Shown here: piece after piece, positions 38,801 to 50,368 of the stretch
Layout of the letters: the number at the start of each line of letters is the position of its first letter
Position numbering within the stretch: position 1 is the first letter of the stretch
Source: Anthoceros angustus
Taxonomy: Eukaryota > Plantae > Anthocerotophyta
Length of the DNA stretch: 64,000 nt
Direction of reading: 5' to 3'
Assembly (NCBI GenBank): GCA_010909165.1
Contig: MU008203.1
Coordinates: forward strand, 62,001-126,000
Position numbers and translations under genes: made by a program
Notes under the pieces: generated by a model
The model's database searches: none
Told to the model about the DNA's origin: nothing
The model's input: only the letters and a program-made list of their open reading frames with translations

Positions 38801-39273
38801 CTGCTGCGGCTGCCCGCCTCGACGGCGACGGCGACGGCGACGGCGCTGTCAGGACGACATTCTCCAGGCCCACGGGCATCTACCATCTACAGGTATGCAT
38901 ACACGTCCTGCTCCTGGAAGTCATCGCCCACGAGCACGCGGCCGACACTCTACGCTGGGACGAACAAGGCACACCGATCGAGAAATTCGCAGGGACCTGC
39001 TTGGCTTGGCTGGGGGTAGGCAATATAGATATCATTCTCTGTTCCTTCTTCCTCTTTGTCTTCTTCCCCAGTACGCCATATCCCCGTTCCAGGCATTGGA
39101 TACATCAAACTCAGATTGCAGCTTTCCACCAATGTCATATGTCAATGGGTGCCGGGATCGCATTCAATATTCAGGAAATGGCGTGTACAGTGCGAGGCAT
39201 GTACCTGCTTTTGTCTCTCGCTGCGAAACCCAGCTGCACCAACTGATACCTAGAAGACTACAGAATATGGCTA

Positions 39274-41908
39274 TCATCGACGACCCTTCTTCTTGCTGCT
39301 TCTCTGCGAGGGAGGTCGGGAAGCTTCCGCTGCTGCTGCCGAAGTGGACGGGGCTGATGGCTTGCCGGGGCCTGCACCTGCCTGCTTGCCGGCACCGACG
39401 TTCAGCTCCGAGGCCTTGCTGTCCTTGCTCACAGCCCCCTGGGCGCCTCTAATCTGGGCGTTCCTCTTGTCTTTCTTCTTGGGCTTGTAGGTCGACCTCT
39501 CTCTCCTAGGCAGCCATCTCTCCGGGTCAGGGGGTGGGCCTGGATTCTCAGGATCGAATCCCTTGGGGTACAGAGGCTTTCTCTTGCGCTTCTTCTTAGG
39601 CCGGGTTTTGTCGGCCTTGTCCTCAACTTTGAGTGTTGAACCGTCCTCGCCAGCCCGAGCGCGCTTGCTTGCCATGGGAGTGGCACTCGCCGTCTGCTCC
39701 AAGGCTGCTACATCCAGCGACGACAAGCCAGGCAGTGGTGGAAGCTGAGCTGCATAGCCTTCGGCCTCTGCTGGATTCAGGTGAGCTGTGCTGCAGATCA
39801 GCCCATGTAAAGCTTTTGACCGAACCACTGGGGATGGGCTCTTGGCCAGTTGCTGGAAGAGAGTGGCAGCACCCTTCAAGTTGTTGTGCTTTAGCTTGAA
39901 ATCTGCTGCTGCTTCCAGAAGGACTACCTCGTATGCGCTGGATTCGTCCAGCATGCTATTCTGCCAGTGCTGCACAGCTGCGTCCAGAACAGCTTCTGCA
40001 CCCTTCACATCCCCAGCTCGCTCTTTGAGAGAGACCAGAGTGGCAACTACACCTGGCTTGTGTTTTAACTCCCCTATCTTTTCCAGAGATTCAGCAGCAC
40101 GTTGATACTGGCCTGCAGCAGCCGCTGCTTGAGCTCGCACAAGAAGTGCTTCGGTTGAACCACTAGGATGTGCGTCAGCATATTGCCCTATAATTTCTTC
40201 TGCCTTTCCAGGTTTCCCCTCCTTCAGATACAGTGAACCTGCGAGCAGAGTTGGCATTACACTGCTTGGAAAGGTCTCCTGAAGCAGCGGCACAAGTTCA
40301 CGTGCCTGCAAGACACAAGCTACACTCATCAGCTTCATCCGCTTCTTTTACTCCTTACATCAGTAGAAGCTATGACTCAGAGAATAACGTCACCTGATCA
40401 AATTTGCTTGAATACAGGAGCAGAAGAAACCGGTTGAAGCTCATGGCTTCCTTTTGTCGAGCCGAAAGCTTATGGTCCAAATTCTCCACAAACTGTCCCC
40501 CTTTCTTTGCAATTATCTTGTCAAACTTCTTTAAAGAATCGAAGAGCTCCTTTGCTCCCCTCAGTGCTATTAGGTTATTAGAGGCTACAGCCAAAGACGG
40601 TGCATCATCTGGTTTCTGCTTCAACAAAGCACTATAGCTTGCCATTGCTTCTGCTGCCCGCCCTTGCATCTGTCCGAACAGAAAGTTCAAGGGTTGATTT
40701 TCATCGATGATTCACGACTGGAAAAGGCAGACAAAACATGGATAGTATTCAGCCCCAGCTCGTACCTGTTGCACATAGGCAAGCTGCACAGCAATGGGAG
40801 CTAGCTCTTCAACTATCTGTTGCTCCGTGTAATCATCCTCAATCAGCATTTCCTGCCCAATCCTGCAGACAGCACTTGTTCACAATCAGTAAACTGGTAA
40901 CTTTCTCCTCAAACTATTAAGACAGAGGGTAGCAAATGCAACCGCCCCTACCTTCGCGCCAGAAGAAGCAGCTCTTCTGCTTTCACAAACTCCCTCAATT
41001 CTATCAACGCACATGCCGCATTGTATGCCAAGTCAAAGCTAGTCTTGGGAGTCACTTTCAAACTGTCCATGAGTGCAGGGACCTCGCTTGACCTTCCACC
41101 AGACACATAAGCCGCCACAAGATTGGTCTTCACTTCATCTGCGTCGACTTTGTGCTTGTGGAACAGCTTCTCATAGCTGCTGATGCAAGCACCAAAATCA
41201 CCCATTTTGTGCTGAATCTGAGCTTCCAACTGAATGGCAGCTGCATTCTGGTCTCCGGTCTTCAAAGTATTCAGTGCCTGCTGCATCCTGTTCTCTTTGT
41301 ATAGACAATATGCCTGACAAAAGCAGCATCCCAAGTATATTGACAACAAAGCCAGAGCTCTTTGGGTCCCGCAAAATCCACAAGACCTAACATTATCAGA
41401 CAAACGAGCAAATCTACCAACCTTTTCGAAAAAAAACAAACTTTCTCGTGTTTGGTTGAGTCCAATGGTTAACAACGCGTCTTTGAACTTCTCCAGCTGC
41501 ACAAGAGCTACCACTTTGCATCTGATCGCCTCAGGATCCTTCGGATCCAATGCCAGGACTGAGATTAGGTCAAGGAAATCCACAAGAGACAAATCACGTA
41601 AGCCCTTAAGCCCGACCACAATCCAAGGTCTCCCACTGCATCAAAGAGATTCAGTCTGCAACATCGTGATGCAACAAAAAGAGGACGACCTGGCCCAACG
41701 AATTACTCAATGCATGGAGGATACTCTGCTCTGACACCTGCAGGGCCTGCTTCAGGGCCTGCTTGTCGTCTCTGGCTTTTACATGCCTATCCAGGACAGC
41801 TATGAGATCATCCACAGATGGTCCCTGCGGCGCTGCAGGTGTTGTATTGAGATTCGGAGCTGCCCCTGTTGCCGGGGCCAGAGCTTTGTGCTTTGCCTTG
41901 GGCGCCAT
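39274..41908 (-). CDS. SRP72: Signal recognition particle subunit SRP72, multi-exon
   Basis: TPR region (DPEAIRCKVVALVQLEKF, AYCLYKENR, LEAQIQHKMGDF, LAYNAACALIE), LAVASNNLIAL, and the RNA-binding motif KKKRKRKPLYPKGFDPENPGPPPDPERWLPRRERS. Confidence 0.95.
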
Positions 41909-42547
41909 TTGCCTTCAACACAGCGACGTTACTTCCTCCTGCCGCCCTGGTCTTCCAGAGTGACCTCGCAATTTCCCCTCCCGTGGAATCCTTGGTGCCC
42001 AGCTACCTTCCTTATGCCTTGTGCTCGGAATGATTGTGAAAGCAGGCGAACCGAAGACCTATACTAGTAATGCGTACATGGTATGCTGAGTCTCTCATAC
42101 CCAAGCAAATTTTGTCACGGTCCGTAATGTATGCTATTTAGATGGCTTCCATTAGGGTTTAGGGCTTAGCTTCTCCATCCTGCATAACCACAACGAGCAA
42201 AAGCCTAACGCAAAACAGCGACAACAATCACGTCACCATAGTGGTCTCAAGCACCCTTTCCCGTGTTGAAAGAAAACGCCGAGCTCAGCATTGGAACAGG
42301 TTGGGTTGGAACTGCTCAAAGCAGTCTTTACGTCCTCAGCGAGAATGGACAATCCACCAACACTGTACATACTAGGCAGTCTTGCCTACAAGTGCTGCCG
42401 CAGCCATACTTCCTACATTGTCCCTGCGATCTTCCCAGATTCAGATTTCGCACCGTGTGCTGACGTCCCGGCCAGCGGCCTTCAATCGTCTGGCCTCGAA
42501 TGGGCCGAGGGTTTGGACGACACACATGCGGAGCGAGGAGGCCTCCA

Positions 42548-44640
42548 CTATTTTTCGTCTGCGACACGCAGGTACGGGCTAATGTCCCCACAGATTTGCC
42601 AGATTCTCACAGTTCCGTCGTCACTCGACGAGGCCAGGAGTCTTGGATCCTGTACCAGATTTAGCGTGGTGAGAAAGGGATAGCCAAGAGACACAACAGA
42701 AAATAGAAAAACACAGTGAGCTCTTACGGTTGGATGCCATCTGACGCAATTGATGTCACTGAGGTGAGCCTTATCATGCTTCAGAACTAGAGAGTAGGAA
42801 GGGCGTTCACTCTGTGGCGAAAACAAGACACGATCAGGCATCAGGCTGAGTAGTTGGGCGATTCTGTACATGCAAACATGTGCTCATGAGGGAAGAGAAC
42901 TGATGAAGGAAACCCGAAGTATCACTGACCGGTGATGAGGTATCCTCAGCAAAGCCTTGCATGGAATCGTCACCTGAACCAGTTGCTATAATGGAGTGCA
43001 AGCTGCACAAACAAAGGCAGAACAAGCGAATCGATCGGGCACAATGTGGAGGCAAAGCTGTGTCGGATCTGGATCTGAGTCATGGAGGCAACAGGCTGAC
43101 CTTGAACAATGAACAGAAAAGATGGTGCGGTTGTGGTAACCAGTGATTGTAGTGAGATGCTTCCTGTCCGATGGATGTTCAAAACGCTGAAAGTTAACTA
43201 CACACTCCCATCGGATTTTGTTAAAGGGCTAAGGCATGTAACGATAGTCTCATTCGGGAGTCCTGGAGTTCTTACCATGGCCCAAAACCGACCCCGGTAG
43301 ATTGCGATGGGTCTGTGCTCGAGTCCCAGACCATTATTGACAAATCGTCACTGCAGGCACAGGAACGAGCTTGCGAGTCAGAAAACAGAGACAGTGATGT
43401 ACCGAAATTCCAACTAACAGAACGATGGGATGAAATGGCAAACAGCGCACCTACATGACACCATCCGATCACCAGAACCGCTGAATGACACGGCCCAAAC
43501 AGTTGAGCTGTGACCACTGCAGGTTTGAAACAGTCATAGTTCATGTCGGACCTGATAACATTGTACAAGGAAACACATCACTTCTCGAGTATGTGCCAAA
43601 GAGATGTACATTCCAGGCTCGCCAATCGTTTGTACGCATCCCCAGTCGTCGTCTCCCCCATCTTCTGCCCAAATCTGCACACCAGCCCGACCCAGAAATA
43701 TATTACAGCGAGCCAGAAGGACCATCTCGCGGAAGGTTGATAATGAAGCTGGAAGAGAGAAACCACACACCTTGATTGTATTATCATAGCTGGCAGACAC
43801 TAAGAGATCACGTGCAGGATGCCACAGCACCATCTTCACATCTTGTGTATGGCCAGTGAGCACGGAGACGCATTCGAAGTCGTTGCCTGGCTGCACTTCC
43901 CATATCCATACAGACTTGTCTCGGCTGCAGGTAGCCAAAAGTGTGCCTTGAGCATTCCAGGAAACGCTCTTCACCTCATGTTCATGTCCCTGCCACGTTA
44001 CAGACAAACAATCTTGAGACACAAGGAACTACCCTCATTCCTCACCGAACTGCGACGAAGGAAGGTACATACTTCTAGAGACGCCACACACTCAAATTCA
44101 GCCCCCACGTTCTCCCAGATGGCGGTTGTTGCATCAAAACTTGCTGTGGCAAGTAGCTTCCCACCCGGTGACCAGTCACAGGACCTCACCGTCCGGGTCT
44201 GAGTTCCCTGGAGCACTGCCTAAACAGGACAGCACGGGTATCAATTCAAGTACCATCCCTCCAAGGAATTGTACCTTCCTTCCAGAAAGACGAGCAAAGG
44301 CAAGAGCAAGGGCAAGAGAAGAACCCGAATCGCAGAACCAGCTGCCTGCCACGGAAGGAGAGGCAGCAGAGTGCTGCCACACCCGGACAGTCTTGTCCCC
44401 GCTGCAGGAAGCCAGCAACGACTTGCTCCCCTCCGAACCCGCCGGGCTCCATGCCAATCCCCACACCCGGTCCGTGTGTCCCTCCAGCTCCTGCACCAGT
44501 TTGAGATGCAGCCCTAGCGGGAGTCGGCCATCTTCGCGCTTCCCACAAGTCGAGTGCTCCTCGCTCTCCTGCTTCTTCCGCTTCGTCTCCACAATGCCTG
44601 GCTTGTCGGCACACTCTCCTGCTCCTCCTCCTTCAGCCAT
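42548..44640 (-). CDS. CIA1: Cytosolic Fe-S cluster assembly WD40 protein, multi-exon
   Basis: [15 protein letters not shown]...[13 protein letters not shown]; [28 protein letters not shown]; FECVASLE|[12 protein letters not shown]...[11 protein letters not shown]; [13 protein letters not shown]; [12 protein letters not shown]; [14 protein letters not shown]. Confidence 0.93.
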
Positions 44641-44894
44641 GGTGGAGGTGCAGCAAGCCTGGCTCACCGGGTCAGCGGCATCCAGACTGCAGCCATCGCA
44701 GTGCAGCGTGCTCGTCAAAGACGGCACTACCGCGGCCGCCATAACAGCCCACAATCACTCCCGGGGGCAGCAGCGACCGCCAGCTGCCCAGTGCGTAAAT
44801 TCTCGATATCTCTCGGAGCTAGAGCAAGCCGCACTTTACTGAACGATGCGATCCCGCGTGGAGCTTTGTGGGTTGTGAAAGTGAAGGACTGCAG

Positions 44895-47297
44895 ATGTGG
44901 GAGCAGCGGTGTGTAAGCGCGAGGGCCGGCGGGTTGTCTGCGTGGGGCGCTGCTTTCTCATGGAGGTCGGGATTGCACCCAGCATCAGCTGGCAGAGGGC
45001 AAAAGCCACGGAGCCCCTGGCACCCCGTGCTTGTGGTTGGTGCAGGTGCAGGAGAAGGAGAAGGAGTGTTGGATTACCACAGCCGGACAGAGGTAGATCC
45101 CGTCTTATTGGGTCCCCGGATGCCCTTGTCCAACAATGCCACCACCTACTATACTGGGCACCAGGCGGATGCCCCCAGCAAGGAGGTCTGGAGAAGGAAG
45201 AGGATAGGGTGGCTGTGCAAGGAGCTGCCCGTGCGGAGAGGGCGTGAGATTGCTGGCCTGCTCAAGGACCAGAGAAAATGGATCAAGTGGGTGGATGCGC
45301 AGAAGGTGATGGAGCAGCTTTTGTTCCTCCGGGAGTTCGTTTGCTGCTACCATGTATGTATCGGCTTGGCCTTGGTCTTGTTTCTCCTGCCTGGTCATTG
45401 ATGCTTGGGTTCCAGGGAGTTGGAGTTGACAGTGATCTGCTTTGGGTCACAGGTGTACAAGTGGGCACATGCTCAGCCTTGGTATGAGTTTGAGTACGGC
45501 TTGACAACACGGATAGCCAATTCGCTGGCTCTGGACAGGAAGGCAAGCAAAGCGCACGACCTTCTGGATGTTATCATGCGCAGTGGGAGTCCACCTGATG
45601 CAGCTACCTTCTCATCCGTGATTGTGGCTTACATTAAGGAAGGGCAGGAGGCATCTGTGAGGGAGGCCTGGAGTGTGTACAACCAGATGAATCTTGTGGG
45701 TGGCTATGATCCGCCGTTGACAGTTCAGAACAAGCTCTTCTCTGCCCTGGTGTGCATGGCTGATGATGTGGCTGAGTTTGGTGACCATGCTGATGTTGTG
45801 TTCCACCACATTGTGAACGCGGGTCACCCCTTCAGCACAGAGATGTGTGAATCCCTGATGCGGGTCCACGGCAGGATGGGAAACAGGAGGCAGTTGTGGT
45901 CTGTGGTTGGGAAAATGGAGAGGACTCAACTCAGACTGGGTTTAGCAGGGTTTACGTCTATCTTGCAGCTCTGCGCCAAGGAAGGAGATGTAGAAGGTGC
46001 TGATAGAGCGTGGCTTGACATGGTTAAAGCTGGCATTCAGCCCGACGGGCCCGTTTATCTGCAGGCTATGAAGACATACGGAAGGGCTGGATTCCCCTGG
46101 AAAGTTCACCAGACATTTCAAGACATGGTGAGCAAGGATATGGAACCTAGCTACAAGGCATACTTGGTTGTTCTTCAGAGTATGGCAGACGCAGGTGAAG
46201 AAACTTGTGCCCTTAAGTTTCTAGACTGTCTACGCTCCAGTGGTATGGCACCTTTGTTACCTGCATACAACGCCATCATGGGTATGTACCTGAGGATGGG
46301 GGCTTTCGACAAGGTCAAGGTGACATTTGATCAGATGCAGGGACAGCAGTGCCGTCCCAACCGTGAGTCCTACAACACGCTTATCGAAGCCTACACCAGA
46401 GCTGGTCTCCTGGAACAAGCAGAGGAGGTGTTCGAGTTCATGCTGAACAACTATCACCCCAATCAACGGACGTACAACCTCATGCTGCAAGGCTATGGCA
46501 CAGAAGGTAACTTGAGCAAGGTGAAGGAGGTGGTGTCTGTCATGAACAGGCATTGTCAGGTCGAACCTCAGAACAGAGAGGTGGTCACAGCTGCATTCTC
46601 GTCTCCAACCACCTCAGCCGAAGCATTGCCTGCAGCAGCACATGACCTGACTCTTGACACTTGCCAGAGAGAAACACTGGTGGGTTTGTTGCTGGGTGGG
46701 GCTCACATTGGTACTGACGATGACGGCCTAACCTTCCGTGTCAGATTAGATCTTGATCCTACCAGCTTTGTCGCCGTAAGCCTCTTGCAAAACCTGAAAA
46801 CTATCTTCGCTGAATGGACTCAGTCACCACCTCCAGATGGTACCTATCCCAGCCTGCTTCAGTTTCAAACCATTAACCACCCTTCCCTTCGATTCTTCGC
46901 ATCCCAGTACAGACCCGGTGGGAGAGCAGCTATTCCAAGGCTCATTCATCGCTGGCTAACTCCTCGAGCATTAGCCTACTGGTACATGCTCAGTGATCTC
47001 ATGAATGGAGACATCCTGTTCCACAACCCCGGGTATAGCTCAGAGGACATCCTGCTCCTCTCCAAGGCCTTCAAGGCCAAGGGGCTCGACTGCACAGGAA
47101 ACAAGGATGGTTGGATGCATCTCAGTGAACAAGGGGCCCAGCTCGCATGGGAGCTCATGGAAACACACCTACTGGTCGAAGTAAGGCAAACATGCAGGCC
47201 AAGGCGCTCCGTTGCACCACAACCGTTTCAGGATCATCCTGTCTCCCAAAGTCCATGCTTTGCACATCAGATATCATACAGAAGGTGCGTGTCATGA
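44895..47297 (+). CDS. OTP51: P-class PPR protein with C-terminal LAGLIDADG-like domain (plastid splicing factor), 2 exons
   Basis: WRRKRIGWLCKELP; PPR tract; then QRETLVGLLLGG and IPRLIHRWLTPRALAYWYM, matching OTP51 architecture. Intron at ~45353-45432. Confidence 0.88.
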
Positions 47298-48693
47298 ACC
47301 CAAATGGGCATCGCTCAATTCTTGAATCCCTACACAAGAAAGTACCCAGCCACCATCTCCCTGATGTACAATCTATATTCATATGTACATGTATACGAAT
47401 CCTACGATTCTAATGTGTACGATTGACCAGTCACGAGACCAGCACGACCAGGCGGCAAGAACGCATGCGGCATGTGCATGCTAGCACAAGCAGGCCGCTC
47501 CCTTTGCTCTGGGATGTTGACCGGCTGAACGGCTATGGCGGACGCGTGGGCTGCAACGGCTATGCCCATTGCCGATGCCGGATAGCATCGGCCGCGACCG
47601 GTCGGCGCGCCGAGGCTTTAGACGCTAAGCTGCATTGAATCAGGCGACGTTACCGTTAGTGGTGGTGGCAACGGCATCTTTCCATTTTCGCCCGGCAGTA
47701 ACTGCTACCGGATGGAGGTAACCGTTGGGATGTCGCCGCGACCGGTCGCAGGAGAGCGGTCGGCAGCGGGGCCTGTCGTGCTGTTCATCCTGGACGGATA
47801 GAAGAAGCGGAGCTGCGCAGGCTCGCTCCAGCTTCCGCCAATCTCCGGCGTTTTGCGGAGATAATATCGCCAGAGAAGAAGCTTGGAGTGCGGGCCGGGC
47901 CTCTTCTGGAAGCGATCGTGGGCGTGGATTGTGCGGATTCCGAGAGGTTGGGTGGTCGTGACCGGGTTTCTGGAGCTGAATTGGCCCAGCCGGAGAAGCA
48001 GCTGGTGGAAGGAAGGAAGATCTTCTCCTGGAACGCCAGGTGAGGACCTGCTGCTTGCTGCTTGCTGCCCCTGCTTGTCTGCGGGCTGCGATTCTGGGAT
48101 GGAGCTGGAATTGCCGTCTCCGTTTCTGGGCATATCGATCACACTGGTCGGCTTGCATGTCCTGGGAATTCGAGTGTCCGGGAAGATCAGTGTGCGGGGA
48201 TCGGGGGGTTGCATTCTTGTCTTTGTCTTGCTCAGGTGATCCTTGTCTGAAGTGTGCATTGTAGTGTGTCTTGGTAGCTCTGGTCTTGTTTTCCTCACTC
48301 GGTTCCTTCGTCTCCAGTCTGGCTGGTGTTTTGGTCGATAGAGGTGTGCCTTATCTGAGGACGATTCACGAAAATGGCAGGGAATTACTGATTGCAGGGG
48401 CACAATTCCGTGACGAGCAGGAGGGGAGATCACTTGATTCAGCAGCAGCGTTTGGTTTGGTGGAGTTCTTAGCTATGAATTTGTCTTCGCTGCTGAACGT
48501 GTCAAAGAGCAGGGTCTGGATTCGGTTACCTGTGAATGGGATTAGGTGGTCACAGGAGACCTGAGGATACCACGGTCAACGTGACATGAACTTCTTCGGC
48601 TTTGCTGTTCTGTGGAGCCTAAAAGTACAATTGCTGTCGAGTGATAGCTGCCCTGCGTGGGAATTTTGACAATTCTTCACTGAAATTTCTAAC

Positions 48694-50368
48694 GATGACC
48701 ACCACGACTAGGAATAGGTCTACAGGTGCTTGGAAGCCCGAAAGATTGATAACCCACAGTGATGGAACATTAGAAGCACCGAGATCGCCTTTGCTGGATC
48801 CAGGGCATAAAATAGGGTTTTTGGTACGCTTCCTGCAGTCATGGGCTTGCGGCAGTCAGTCATGGTCCTTGACTATCAAACACAAGCCAAAGCAAGCGAT
48901 TATGGGACAACCAGAGTACTCCACCCTGGTAGTCAGACCGGGGGATTGCCTTTCAGAAATATCTAGGACAGTTGGGACTCCCATTGATATCCTGCAAAGA
49001 GTTAACAACATCGCCAACATAGAATCTCTCAAGGTGTGTCCAGATTTACCCTTACCTGGCCGACGTGATTAGCTGCTTTTGCTTGTCCTGCTTTGAGAAG
49101 ATTGGTCAATGCTAGTTCCTATCCTGCGTGTGGTGTGATGTTTTTTGTGTCTGCCGTTCGTGACAGGCAGGACAGACACTTTTGATACCACGGAAAAGTC
49201 AGCAATCCAAACGGAGCAATGTGTGTAAGTGCTCATATGCACTTGTTTTGTTGATGTTGATCTGTTCTCTGGAGGACGACGATGCCACACATGATCAAAG
49301 TTGAGTGTTAGCCCAGTCTTCTGGTCGCCCCTCGCATCTCACAACCTCGAATCTATGCAGGGGAACGGAAGCAGAAAACAGAGAAGCGAGTCATTGCAAA
49401 CTGGGGTGATTCTCTATGGAGCCTTGCTGAAGATCACAATGTCACAATCGATGACATCCGGAGATGCAACAACTTGCCTCAGGTATATCCTCAACGTTGA
49501 CTGAAGGACTTTTCCTCCAGGACGCTGTTGGTTGCTGAGTGTTTGGCTGTGGTGGTCTTGAGCATGGCTAACGACTTTCATTGCTTGCAGGGATCCAGCC
49601 ACTTATATCTCGGACAAGAGCTTATAATCCCTGCTCCTCGAAAACGGACAACACCATTGCTATACCGCATACCGCCTCTTCCTTATCTTTTGCGGCCGGA
49701 GAATTTGCAAACAGTACCTGTTCTACGAAACATATGTAAACACAAGCTGGTGCTTGCAATATTGCCGAAGTGGCGGCCTGAGCCATTCGGTCTCCCCGTG
49801 GAAGGTGGCTGGTTGAGCTCGTTGTATGGGTGGAAAGGTGGAGACTCTCGACTTTGGCATCTCTTACTGTGAATCATGTCCAATGAGATGGATCTTTTCG
49901 AAGGTGACAAGCATTACTGAGCAGTGTTTCACTATCGGTAATCTGCAGATGGACGATGGTACTTCCATAATGGCATAGACATTGCTGTAGAACGAGGAAC
50001 CGCAGTTTGTGCAGCTTCAAGTGGCAAGGTCAGCTTCTTTATTGGTGTTAAGCAGGAGCTCCTGGCCCAAGGGCTCTCTCTTCCTCGCAGAGAATCCTGA
50101 CTGGCCCTGTTGTGCCTTCGTGCAGGTTACATGGTCTGGCTGGAGAGGGGGTTACGGCAAGACAGTATGCGTTGATCATGGGGACGGATATGCAACTCTG
50201 TATGCTCACTGTGACGACTTGCATGTCAGGCTTGGCCAGTTTGTACGAAAGGGGCAAGTCATTGCTCTTTCTGGAAATACTGGTCACTCCACAGGTCCTC
50301 ACCTTCACTTTGAGATTCACAAGGACGGCCGCACAGTTGATCCACTCCATCATCTTCCCCCTCTTTGA
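48694..50368 (+). CDS. LysM-LysM-peptidase M23 protein (NlpD/MepM-like peptidoglycan endopeptidase), about 6 exons
   Basis: LysM1 VVRPGDCLSEISRTVGTPIDILQRVNNIANIESLK|AGQTLLIP; LysM2 VIANWGDSLWSLAEDHNVTIDDIRRCNNLPQ|GSSHLYLGQELIIP; M23 FGLPVEGGWLSSLYGWK|DGRWYFHNGIDIA...|GYGKTVCVDHGDGYATLYAH...GNTGHSTGPHLHFEI. GT-AG introns keep frame. The start codon is uncertain. Confidence 0.9.

Noticed and set aside
36100-39250. Several 60-250 aa ORFs on both strands, and a weak gypsy-like RAFDTLEELKESLIT near 37165
   Set aside because: Low-complexity GC-rich frames with no recognisable domain or consistent splice model; could be an unrecognised gene or decayed element but cannot be supported.
47640-48560. 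242-aa and 172-aa minus-strand ORFs between OTP51 and the LysM gene
   Set aside because: No motif recognised; overlapping open frames in GC-rich DNA; needs RNA-seq.
48694-50368. Bacterial contamination explaining the LysM-M23 gene
   Set aside because: Frame-preserving GT-AG introns interrupt the domains, and the gene is contiguous with plant genes.
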